In this document: positions 6,512-14,190 of the stretch, in pieces
How positions within the stretch are numbered: the stretch's first letter is position 1
Layout of the letters: the number at the start of each line of letters is the position of its first letter
DNA from: Patescibacteria group bacterium
GTDB taxonomy: Bacteria; Patescibacteriota; Minisyncoccia; UBA6257; HR35
DNA: 32,000 bases
Assembly (NCBI GenBank): GCA_030549845.1
Contig: JAUQQN010000004.1
Span: 6,760 to 38,759 of the forward strand
Direction of reading: 5' to 3'
Notes under the pieces: model-generated
Database searches by the model: none
Seen by the model: the letters and a program-made list of their open reading frames with translations, nothing else
What the model was told of the DNA's origin: nothing
Position numbers and translations under genes: made by a program

Positions 6512-8356
6512 TTACTGAGGGCAAAGTTCAATACTATTAGGAACCGCTTCAGAAATAGAAGGTGATACGAAAGAAATAGACAATGACGGAGAAGCAATGG
6601 ATAGATCTATAGCAGAACTAGATAAAGATATTGATAGTTGACTAGGAAAATAAGAAGAGATAAGATTGCAATTACCGCAATTACCATTAGAATCTAATTT
6701 AATAATAAAAATGTCGCCATTTGTTCCATAACTATAAGTATAACCTGCAATTATATATCCGCCATCTGAAGTTTGATAAAGACCATTGTTATAAGTATTA
6801 TCATTATTTGCTCCGCCAATTGTTTTTGCCCATGAAATATTTCCATTGTTGTCTAATTTAATAACAAGAATATCATAACCCCCCGCTCCATAACTAGTGG
6901 TTGCTGCAAGAATGATATAACCCCCATCTGATGTTTGCTGGATGAAATTACCATAATCATCATTTATTCCACCAATTGTTTTTGCCCATGAAATATTCCC
7001 TGAAGAATCTAGTTTGATAATTATAATATCACGATTACCAACCCCGTAGCTAGAGGTATATCCTAAAATGATGTATCCATTATCAAAAGTTTCGTGGATA
7101 GAAAAAGAGGTATCATCACCACTACCACCCATTGTTTTTGCCCAACTAATATCTCCACTTCCGTTAAGTTTAACAACTAAAATATCTCGATTATTTACTA
7201 TATAAGTATGCCCCGTAAGAATATATCCCCCATCTGAAGTTGGCTGTATTGAATATCCATAATCATTATTTGCTCCGCCAATTGTTTTTGCCCATGAAAT
7301 ATTTCCATTGTTGTCTAATTTAATAACAAGAATATCATAACCCCCTGCTCCATAACTAGCAGTATTTGCTATCAAAATGTATCCACCATCTGAAGTCTGT
7401 TTAATAAAATTACCGTAATCGCTATTTGTACCACCAATTGCTTTAGCCCACGAAATATTTCCTATAGAGCTTAGCTTTACTATAAATATATCACGAACGC
7501 CTGCTCCAAAACTACGAGTGTATCCTACAGCAATATATCCACCATCTAATGTTTGCTGCCCTGAATAGAAGGAATCATCCATCCCCCCACCTATCGTTTT
7601 TGCCCAAGTAATATTTCCTGAGTAATCTAATTTGATAATAAAAGCATCCCGGCCTCCTGCCCCTTGACTTTGTGTATTGCCTGTAATAATATACCCACCA
7701 TCAAATGTAGGTTGCGAAGACCAAGCTTCTTCATAGTATGTCCATCCTATTGCTTTTGCAAATAAATTGATATACAACGGAAGAGTTGGAATTGCAAGCT
7801 TTTTATTACTTCCTACCTCATATGAATCAGGATCTGTACCTCCATCGTTTGCAGAAATATTTTGATTTGTTTCGAGCTTGGCTATGAATTTATAACCTTC
7901 TCCAACAATAAGTGCATAGTAATATGGGGGTTTATTAATAGGATCTATAGGCAAAGAGATAAGATTAAAAAGAGAAAGTTGGTTAAAAGGTATAGGGATC
8001 CAGCCAGTACCGTCTATGTTAGTAGGATTTGGAGAACATCTATAGACCCATCCCGGAGGTAACTGCGGCAATTTATCACTCCAATTCTCACAAGTAGAAG
8101 CACTATCTGGTAACGAAATGTATACTGTACCAGAAGAAATATAATTTAATTCTTTAAATTTAGGATCTTCTATTTTTAGTAATTTCAAGGTTTTTTCTAG
8201 GTTATCTAAATGAGAAATTCTTAAAGTATCTCTTGCATTTGGAAACATTTGTGTTGATTTTGTTAGCGTTAGTACTAAAGTTAACATCCAAAGGATTATT
8301 ATTAATCCTATTATAAACTCTAGAAAAGTGAAAGCAAAGTGTTTTACAATCTGCAT
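6512..8356 (-). CDS. Type IV pilin-like (prepilin N-terminal methylation motif) protein fused to a 7-repeat SBBP-type beta-propeller and a Cys/Ser-rich tail
   Basis: I trimmed the start to the ATG at 8356, because the longer ORF to 8389 reads through tRNA-His. The N-terminus MQIVKHFA|FTFLEFIIGLIIIL fits the prepilin motif, with Glu at +5 and Ala at -1. It is followed by a pilin-like ARDTLRISHLDNLEKTL helix and a YYYALIVGEGYKFIAKLE motif. Seven repeats of about 51 aa follow (DGGYI..G.T.S.GAGG.D..(I/V)IKLD..GNISWAKTIGG...D). The C-terminus is NGNCGNCN plus a Ser-rich tail. Confidence 0.75.
   Translation of the reverse strand: MQIVKHFAFTFLEFIIGLIIILWMLTLVLTLTKSTQMFPNARDTLRISHLDNLEKTLKLLKIEDPKFKELNYISSGTVYISLPDSASTCENWSDKLPQLPPGWVYRCSPNPTNIDGTGWIPIPFNQLSLFNLISLPIDPINKPPYYYALIVGEGYKFIAKLETNQNISANDGGTDPDSYEVGSNKKLAIPTLPLYINLFAKAIGWTYYEEAWSSQPTFDGGYIITGNTQSQGAGGRDAFIIKLDYSGNITWAKTIGGGMDDSFYSGQQTLDGGYIAVGYTRSFGAGVRDIFIVKLSSIGNISWAKAIGGTNSDYGNFIKQTSDGGYILIANTASYGAGGYDILVIKLDNNGNISWAKTIGGANNDYGYSIQPTSDGGYILTGHTYIVNNRDILVVKLNGSGDISWAKTMGGSGDDTSFSIHETFDNGYIILGYTSSYGVGNRDIIIIKLDSSGNISWAKTIGGINDDYGNFIQQTSDGGYIILAATTSYGAGGYDILVIKLDNNGNISWAKTIGGANNDNTYNNGLYQTSDGGYIIAGYTYSYGTNGDIFIIKLDSNGNCGNCNLISSYFPSQLSISLSSSAIDLSIASPSLSISFVSPSISEAVPNSIELCPQ
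6800..6897. repeat. Intragenic near-identical repeat, copy 1 (98 bp, 1 mismatch versus 7262..7359)
   Basis: By base-by-base comparison at an offset of 462 bp (154 codons, or 3 propeller repeats), the only mismatch is 6884 c vs 7346 t. Confidence 0.9.
7262..7359. repeat. Intragenic near-identical repeat, copy 2
   Basis: See copy 1. Both encode SYGAGGYDILVIKLDNNGNISWAKTIGGANND. Confidence 0.9.
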
Positions 8357-8362
8357 AATTTT

Positions 8363-8437
8363 GGTGGGCGACGGGGCTCGAACCCGCAACCTGAGGCTCC
8401 ACAGGCCTCCGCTCTAACCAATTGAGCTACGCCCACC
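8363..8437 (-). tRNA. tRNA-His (anticodon GUG) with genome-encoded G-1; no encoded CCA
   Basis: The reverse complement is G-GTGGGCG-TA-GCTC-AATTGGTTA-GAGC-G-GAGGC-CTGTGGA-GCCTC-AGGTT-GCGGG-TTCGAGC-CCCGT-CGCCCAC-C. This folds as a full cloverleaf with anticodon loop CU-GUG-GA. The G-1:C73 pair is typical of bacterial tRNA-His. Confidence 0.92.
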
Positions 8438-8440
8438 GTT

Positions 8441-8513
8441 TGCCCCCGGCAGGATTCGAACCTGCAACCTTGGGCTTAAGAGGCCCCTGCTCTGCCAATT
8501 GAGCTACGGGGGC
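8441..8513 (-). tRNA. tRNA-Lys (anticodon CUU); no encoded CCA
   Basis: The reverse complement is GCCCCCG-TA-GCTC-AATTGGCA-GAGC-A-GGGGC-CTCTTAA-GCCCA-AGGTT-GCAGG-TTCGAAT-CCTGC-CGGGGGC-A. It folds as a cloverleaf with anticodon loop CU-CUU-AA. There is one G.A mismatch at 27:43. Confidence 0.9.
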
Positions 8514-8531
8514 TTCATTAAAAATTATAAA

Positions 8532-8780
8532 TTAAATCCCGGGGGAGGAAACAATTAAATAATATTTCTCTTTTATTAAATCTGCTTCATCTAAAATAGG
8601 CTCTATTGATCTAGAAACAATTTCACAGTCCCTTAGGCTTATTCTGTCATCTTCTTTATCGATAAATAAAGTAAGTGTTTTTGTGCCCCATTCTCTTTTT
8701 ATTTCAACCTTTAATAACTTATAGCCTAATTCTTCTATTTTATCTTTTAAGAGTTTTTCAATTTTTTCTTCTAATCTCAT
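8532..8780 (-). CDS. rimP: Ribosome maturation factor RimP, N-terminal domain only (82 aa)
   Basis: The sequence IEELGYKLLKVEIKREWGTKTLTLFIDKEDD.ISLRDCEIVSRSIEPILD......YYLIVSSPGI matches the RimP N-terminal domain up to the conserved (E)VSSPG(I/L) motif. The ORF stops immediately afterwards, 18 nt before tRNA-Lys. The Sm-like C-terminal domain is absent. Confidence 0.7.
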   Translation of the reverse strand: MRLEEKIEKLLKDKIEELGYKLLKVEIKREWGTKTLTLFIDKEDDRISLRDCEIVSRSIEPILDEADLIKEKYYLIVSSPGI

Positions 8781-9088
8781 TTAAATTGTATTGTTTCAAT
8801 TAAAACTTCATCGAAATAATTTTTATAGCCCTTTTTCTTTCTGTAGCGAGTTTTTGGTTTGAATTTGATTATCAAAATTTTCTTTTTTATGTGCCTCAAA
8901 ATTTTTCCTACAATCTTTGCATTCTCAATATAAGGATTTCCTATATATGTTTTACCGTCATCATTGATCAGTAAAACTTTATCAAAAATAATTTCTTCAC
9001 CTACTTCTTTTTTTGATCTATTGATAATTATCTTATCCCCTTCTTTAACTAAATATTGTTTTCCTGAAACTTCTATAACTGCTAACAT
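8777..9088 (-). CDS. rplU: 50S ribosomal protein L21
   Basis: 103 aa. MLAVIEVSGKQYLVKEGDKI matches the canonical MYAVI..GGKQY.V.EGD, with a basic C-terminal half. Confidence 0.9.
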   Translation of the reverse strand: MLAVIEVSGKQYLVKEGDKIIINRSKKEVGEEIIFDKVLLINDDGKTYIGNPYIENAKIVGKILRHIKKKILIIKFKPKTRYRKKKGYKNYFDEVLIETIQFK

Positions 9089-9090
9089 TT

Positions 9091-9402
9091 TTAAAAATTG
9101 ATAAAAAAAATATAAATTTCCGTCAACGCCCCTATAAAGAAGACTAAAAAATTTAATTTATTTATTTCTGACTCTTTAACCCCTAAGAATTTCAAAGTAA
9201 TATTATAAAGGATAACAAATGAAAAAGCAATAGGAAGAATAAAAATGCTTTCTCTAGGAAAAAGGAGAATGCTTTCTGGATAAGGGTGATAAATAACAAC
9301 AATTTGAGGTTCTTTTATTACATAAAAAATGAAAACAGCGACAATCCATAAAATTGCAATTAATAAAAAGTTAAAAATAAAATTATCCATTTTTTCAATC
9401 AT
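9091..9402 (-). CDS. Small integral membrane protein, unknown function
   Basis: 103 aa with about 3 hydrophobic segments. It overlaps the murG stop by 4 nt (ATGA-type coupling). No motif recognised. Confidence 0.5.
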   Translation of the reverse strand: MIEKMDNFIFNFLLIAILWIVAVFIFYVIKEPQIVVIYHPYPESILLFPRESIFILPIAFSFVILYNITLKFLGVKESEINKLNFLVFFIGALTEIYIFFINF

Positions 9403-10541
9403 TCCTCTAAGAAAAATAACATTAATTCCCTTGCTAATATTTCTGTTGCTTCTTTTTTAGCAAATTCTTCTGCATATTTAGCCATCCTTTCTAATAACTC
9501 TTTATCGTTTAAAATTCTTGTTACCACTGAACTAAAAATTGAAGGAGTAAAATTTCTTTCTTCAATTACAACTGCAGCTCCAGTATTTGAATATTCATAT
9601 GCATTTTCTATTTGATGCCTTCCTACTACATTTTCAGGAATGGGAATTAAAATAGATGGTTTTCCTGCTGCTGCAATTTCAAAAATAGCTCCTGCTCCAG
9701 CTCTCGAAATTATTAACGTTGCCATTTTCATTAGCTTTATCAACTCCTCTTGTTCAACAAAATCTAAAGGATGATATAAATGTTTTCTTACAGGTACATT
9801 TTCTAAAATAAAGCCCTCTGCTACTTTTTTGTCTTCTTTATAAAGTTTTGGACCTAAAATGTGAATAATTTGAGCAATTTTTAATAATTTATCTAAAGAA
9901 AGAATAACAACTTCATTAATTTTTGCAGATCCTTGAGAGCCTCCTAATACCAAAATGGTTGGTAAATTTTTATCTAATTTATATCTTTCATAATCTTTAT
10001 CTGTTGGAATAATCTTTTCAAAATCTGGATGAAGTGGTTGCCCTATTATAGCTGTCTTTTTAGGGTTGAAATATTTTTTTGCTTTTTGGAAATTTAAAGC
10101 TATTTTTGTTGCAAATTTTCCTGCTATTCTGTTACTCAATCCTGGAATTGAATCAGATTCATGAATTATTACAGGGATTCTCAAAATCCAAGCTGCTAAA
10201 ACTACTTCTAAAGAACCATACCCACCTTTTGAAAAAACTACATTTGGCATTTTTAAAAATAAAACCCATAAAGATTTTAAAAACCCAAATGGGAATTTAA
10301 AAATATCAATAAAGTTTCGTATATCAAAATATCTCCTAAGTTTGGCTGAAGGTATTGTAATAATATTTATTCCTTCCTTAACCAAAGATTCTCTATTAAA
10401 TGGTTCTGCCCCTAAATAAAAGATTTCATAATCCCAACCCTTTAAAGATATTTCTTTTTTTAAAAATTTAGCCACATTAATTAACGGAAAAAGATGGCCG
10501 CCTGTACCTCCTCCTGTAAGACAAATGATTATTTTTTCCAT
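9399..10541 (-). CDS. murG: UDP-GlcNAc:lipid I N-acetylglucosaminyltransferase MurG
   Basis: 380 aa. The N-terminal motif is GGGTGGHLFP. The C-terminal GT28 region reads RAGAGAIFEIAAAGKPSILIP. Confidence 0.9.
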   Translation of the reverse strand: MEKIIICLTGGGTGGHLFPLINVAKFLKKEISLKGWDYEIFYLGAEPFNRESLVKEGINIITIPSAKLRRYFDIRNFIDIFKFPFGFLKSLWVLFLKMPNVVFSKGGYGSLEVVLAAWILRIPVIIHESDSIPGLSNRIAGKFATKIALNFQKAKKYFNPKKTAIIGQPLHPDFEKIIPTDKDYERYKLDKNLPTILVLGGSQGSAKINEVVILSLDKLLKIAQIIHILGPKLYKEDKKVAEGFILENVPVRKHLYHPLDFVEQEELIKLMKMATLIISRAGAGAIFEIAAAGKPSILIPIPENVVGRHQIENAYEYSNTGAAVVIEERNFTPSIFSSVVTRILNDKELLERMAKYAEEFAKKEATEILARELMLFFLEE

Positions 10542-10542
10542 A

Positions 10543-11592
10543 TTATGAATATTCTAAACTATTAATTATCCCTAAACCTATCATCAAAGAAATTGCATTC
10601 GATGGCCCATAGCTAAAAAATGGAAGTGGCACTCCTGTTGTTACTATTAAATTAGCAATAATATGAACATAAATTTGCGCTGAAAGCATTGTTCCAAACC
10701 CATAAACAAAAAATTTTTTTTCTTCATTTTTAACTAATCTTGCTTTTTGAAAGATTATAACTAAGAAAAGAATAAAAATTAATATTAAAGCCAATGAACC
10801 TATAAAACCTGTTTCTTCTGCATAGATAGCAAAAATTGAATCTGTCATCATTAAGGGTATTCCTATTAATTTAAACTCTGACTTTCCAAAGCCTTTTCCA
10901 TAAATTCCTCCTGAGCTTATGGCTAATCGTGCTTGTTTTAATTGATACGCAGTTTCTCCTTCAGTAGTAAAAATACTTAAAATTCTTTTAACTCTATATT
11001 CTTGCGTCAAACCTATCATAAAAATTAAAATCCCTATTAATGCAATTATTAATAAATTTCTGAAAGAGAATTTTAAACCAAAAAATCCTCCTGCTATCCC
11101 TGCAAGAAATATTAAAAGATTACTTAAGGCAGGTTGCTTATAAATTATTACGCATATGCTTCCAATTATAAATATTGTAATAATTAGGTAATCTCGCCCC
11201 CTTTTTATTAAGGGAACTATAAAGGCTATTAATAATAAGGTTGAAATTTTTAAAAATTCTGTAGGTTGAAAGGAAATGTTTTTAAAATAAAACCAACGAG
11301 CAGATTCTTTCCCGGGTAATTGAAAATATGGCAAAAAAGCTAGTAATGTAAAAATTAAAGAAAATAAAAAAAATGGGAGAGTAATTTTTCTTATTGTGCT
11401 CCACTTAAGAAAAGCAAAAATAAAAAAGAATAAAAAAGGGAGGAGAACATTACCTAGAAGAAACTTGATAAATAAAAATCTATAAAAAATTGGATCTTTT
11501 ACTACTAGGATAGCATATATCCCATAAAAAGTAAATAAACCCAAAAATGTTAACACAGCAATGAAAAATATTAAAGGTTTATCTAATTTCAT
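10543..11592 (-). CDS. ftsW: SEDS-family peptidoglycan glycosyltransferase (FtsW/RodA)
   Basis: 349-aa polytopic protein. It carries FQPTEFLKI (compare QPSEF.K) and a C-terminal GVPLPFFSYGPS (compare G.PLPF.SYGGS). It is adjacent to murG. Confidence 0.85.
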   Translation of the reverse strand: MKLDKPLIFFIAVLTFLGLFTFYGIYAILVVKDPIFYRFLFIKFLLGNVLLPFLFFFIFAFLKWSTIRKITLPFFLFSLIFTLLAFLPYFQLPGKESARWFYFKNISFQPTEFLKISTLLLIAFIVPLIKRGRDYLIITIFIIGSICVIIYKQPALSNLLIFLAGIAGGFFGLKFSFRNLLIIALIGILIFMIGLTQEYRVKRILSIFTTEGETAYQLKQARLAISSGGIYGKGFGKSEFKLIGIPLMMTDSIFAIYAEETGFIGSLALILIFILFLVIIFQKARLVKNEEKKFFVYGFGTMLSAQIYVHIIANLIVTTGVPLPFFSYGPSNAISLMIGLGIINSLEYS

Positions 11593-12116
11593 TATCTTTT
11601 ATGCCATTGAGGTGCCCTTCTTGCTTTTTTGAGTCCATACTTTTTTCTTTCTACTTCCCTTGAGTCTCTAGTTAGATAACCTGCTTTTTTAAGCTTTGGC
11701 CTCCATTCCGGATTTAATTTTACTAAAGCCCTAGCTAAACCTAATTTAATCGCATCTGCTTGGCCATGTAATCCCCCACCTTTTACCTTTACAGTAACTA
11801 AATAATGTTTAAATAATCTTAACTTCCTAAGCGGAGCATCTACTATTTTTTGCAAATACAATACAGGAAAATATTCAGTATAAATTTTACCATTAACATA
11901 AATCGGTAAGGTTTCTTTTGTAGTATTTTGCCAAATTCTTACTCGTGCAATTGCTTCTTTTCTTCTCCCTATTCCTTCAATATATCTTCCTTCTTCAAGT
12001 TGGGGAACATTCTCAACAATTTCTTTTTCTTCAGTTTTTTTCTCTTCTTCAATTTCAAATTCTTTTAATTCTTTTTCTTCAACTTCTTCTAATGTATCTA
12101 ATTTTTGTTCTTCCAT
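11592..12116 (-). CDS. rpsI: 30S ribosomal protein S9 with a ~45-aa acidic/lysine-rich N-terminal extension
   Basis: The core reads GRRKEAIARVRI ... GGGLHGQADAIKLGLARAL ... LTRDSREVERKKYGLKKARRAPQWHKR. The first ~45 residues are an E/K-rich low-complexity tract. Confidence 0.92.
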   Translation of the reverse strand: MEEQKLDTLEEVEEKELKEFEIEEEKKTEEKEIVENVPQLEEGRYIEGIGRRKEAIARVRIWQNTTKETLPIYVNGKIYTEYFPVLYLQKIVDAPLRKLRLFKHYLVTVKVKGGGLHGQADAIKLGLARALVKLNPEWRPKLKKAGYLTRDSREVERKKYGLKKARRAPQWHKR

Positions 12117-12123
12117 TTTTAAT

Positions 12124-12501
12124 CTACTCTACTAATATTATTCTTTTTAATCTATTTTTTCTTAATTTATTTTTGGGAAGCATCCCCGCTACAGCTTTTT
12201 GAATAATTTTCAAAGGATTTCTTTGCCATAACTCTTTTAATGTATATTTTCTTAAATGTCCAATGTAACCTGTATGTTTATAAATTAATTTTTTTTCAAA
12301 TTTATTTCCAGTAAATTTTATGTTTTTCCAATTCTTTATTTTTACATAAACAGGAAAATCTATATAAGGAGCGTAATTTGGTTTATGTTTGCCTTGTAAA
12401 TAATAAGCAATTAAGGTAGAAAGTCTTCCTAATGACTTGTTATTTGCATCAATTTCTATTTCTTCGACTTGTTGTTCTTCTTTTATTGTTTTCTGGAGCA
12501 T
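12124..12501 (-). CDS. rplM: 50S ribosomal protein L13
   Basis: Diagnostic stretches are IDANNKSLGRLSTLIAYYLQGKHKPNY and GMLPKNKL.....RL. I trimmed the start to the ATG at 12501 (MLQKTIKEE...), because the longer ORF would overlap dnaG. It lies upstream of rpsI as in the conserved rplM-rpsI operon. Confidence 0.88.
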   Translation of the reverse strand: MLQKTIKEEQQVEEIEIDANNKSLGRLSTLIAYYLQGKHKPNYAPYIDFPVYVKIKNWKNIKFTGNKFEKKLIYKHTGYIGHLRKYTLKELWQRNPLKIIQKAVAGMLPKNKLRKNRLKRIILVE

Positions 12502-12528
12502 TATTTTAATTTTAACAAATTTTTTATA

Positions 12529-14190
12529 ATGAAAAAAGAAATGGAGAGTAGAATATTGCAAGAAATTAAAGAAAAATTAGACATTGTAGAATTTATAGGT
12601 GGGTATGTAGAGTTAAAAAGAGTAGGAAGTTATTATAGGGGTTTATGCCCTTTTCATCAAGAAAGAAACCCCTCCTTTTTTGTATCTCCAGAAAGACAGA
12701 TGTTTAAATGCTTTGGGTGTGGAGCAGCTGGTGATGTAATTACTTTCTATATGAGAATCGAAAATCTCGAATTTAAAGAAGCTGTGGAAAGATTAGCTGA
12801 AAAATTAGGCTTAGAACTTGATATTTCTCAAAAAGAAACAGACTTTCAAGAGATCAAAAAAATCCTAGAAATTAACCGGATAGCCCTAAACTATTATAAA
12901 AAAACCTTGAAAGATGTCAAGGAAGCTTTAGATTATTTAAAAAAACGAGGATTAAAAGATGAAACTATAGAGTATTTTGATTTAGGTTATGCAAATGAAG
13001 GTAATTTCTTAAGAGACTTTTTGCTTTCCTTGGGTTATGATATAGAAGAAATTCAAAAAGCAGGGCTTTTAAATGAAAAGAGGGAAGATAAGTTCCAATC
13101 CAGAATAATTTTTCCTTTGATTGACATTGATAAAAAAATCGTTGGTTTTACCGGAAGAAGCTTCCCAGAAAAAGAAAGGGCTCCAAAATATTTAAATAGC
13201 CCTGAAACAATTTTATTTAAAAAATCTAGGTTTATTTATGGACTAGTTTATTCTAAAGATTATATCCTCAAAGAAAAAGAAGCAGTTATAGTGGAAGGAC
13301 AATTTGATTTTATACTTTCCTTCCAGAATAATCTAAAAAATTGTATTGCTGTATCTGGTTCTTCTTTGACAAAAGAACAGCTTCAAATTCTAAAAAAATA
13401 TACAAACAGATTAGTATTAGGATTTGATAACGATGACGCTGGTTTTAAGGCCTCCCTAAGGGCAGGTCTTTTGGCATTAGAATCTAAATTTGAAATATAT
13501 AAATTGATATTTGATCCTTACAAAGATTTAGCTGAATTTTTTGAAAATCAAAATACAATAGAAAACTTAAAGAAGGTGCCTTTCATTGATTATCTTTTTG
13601 ACTACATTGAAAATAAATTCGATCTTAATGATTTAGATAACAAAAGAAAAGCTTTAAATTTAATACTTCCATTTCTTAAATACTTAGACGTAGTTGCTTC
13701 TTCATTTTATATCAATAAGCTTTCACTTTTATTAAAAATAAAAGAAGATTTTATAATAAATGAATTAAATAAAGTACAAATAGAAGTCCAAGAGGAGCCA
13801 GAAACTCAAGTTTCTTATTTCACTAATAGATTGTTTGATTTAATAGAAAAATTTGTTGCTCTTTCAAAGCTTTTAAATAAAGAAGAAGAAAAGGAAATAT
13901 TGCTAAGGGAGATGGATTATGAGTTTAGGGAATATTTTGAAGAAATAGAGTTCAATGAAGAAAAGCAAGATATATTACGATTGAGAATGTTATATGAAGA
14001 ACTTAATACTTCTGATTTAGAAAAAGAATTTAAATTTATCCAAAAGGAAATTCTAAAGGAATACTACAAAAATAAAATAAATTATTATAAGGAGCTCATA
14101 AATAATATAAATCCTGAAGATTTGGAAAATTTATTAAAACAAGTAAAATTTTATACAGAGAAATTAAAAATACTAGAGAAAAATGCCTAG
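12529..14190 (+). CDS. dnaG: DNA primase DnaG
   Basis: The zinc-ribbon motif is CPFHQERNPSFFVSPERQMFKCFGCGAAGDVITF. The TOPRIM motifs are VIVEGQFD and LGFDNDDAG. I chose the start at MKKEMESR (12529); the ATG at 12541 is also possible. Confidence 0.92.
   Translation: MKKEMESRILQEIKEKLDIVEFIGGYVELKRVGSYYRGLCPFHQERNPSFFVSPERQMFKCFGCGAAGDVITFYMRIENLEFKEAVERLAEKLGLELDISQKETDFQEIKKILEINRIALNYYKKTLKDVKEALDYLKKRGLKDETIEYFDLGYANEGNFLRDFLLSLGYDIEEIQKAGLLNEKREDKFQSRIIFPLIDIDKKIVGFTGRSFPEKERAPKYLNSPETILFKKSRFIYGLVYSKDYILKEKEAVIVEGQFDFILSFQNNLKNCIAVSGSSLTKEQLQILKKYTNRLVLGFDNDDAGFKASLRAGLLALESKFEIYKLIFDPYKDLAEFFENQNTIENLKKVPFIDYLFDYIENKFDLNDLDNKRKALNLILPFLKYLDVVASSFYINKLSLLLKIKEDFIINELNKVQIEVQEEPETQVSYFTNRLFDLIEKFVALSKLLNKEEEKEILLREMDYEFREYFEEIEFNEEKQDILRLRMLYEELNTSDLEKEFKFIQKEILKEYYKNKINYYKELINNINPEDLENLLKQVKFYTEKLKILEKNA

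Noticed and set aside
8357-8389. The ORF track extends the pilin-like ORF to 8389 (MRVRAPSPTKI...), and a separate 66-aa ORF lies at 8202..8402.
   Set aside because: Both run through tRNA-His (8363..8437) on the same strand. The translated 'SSPVAHQ'/'RAPSPT' segments are tRNA sequence. The internal ATG at 8356 gives a canonical prepilin leader.
12469-12561. The long forms of rplM (to 12561) and dnaG (from 12469) would overlap head-to-head by 93 bp.
   Set aside because: The overlapping extensions (MQYSTLHFFFHYKKFVKIKI / MLFFFYCFLEHYFNFNKFFI) are hydrophobic junk. Conserved homology begins at the internal ATGs (12501 and 12529), leaving a 27-bp divergent spacer.
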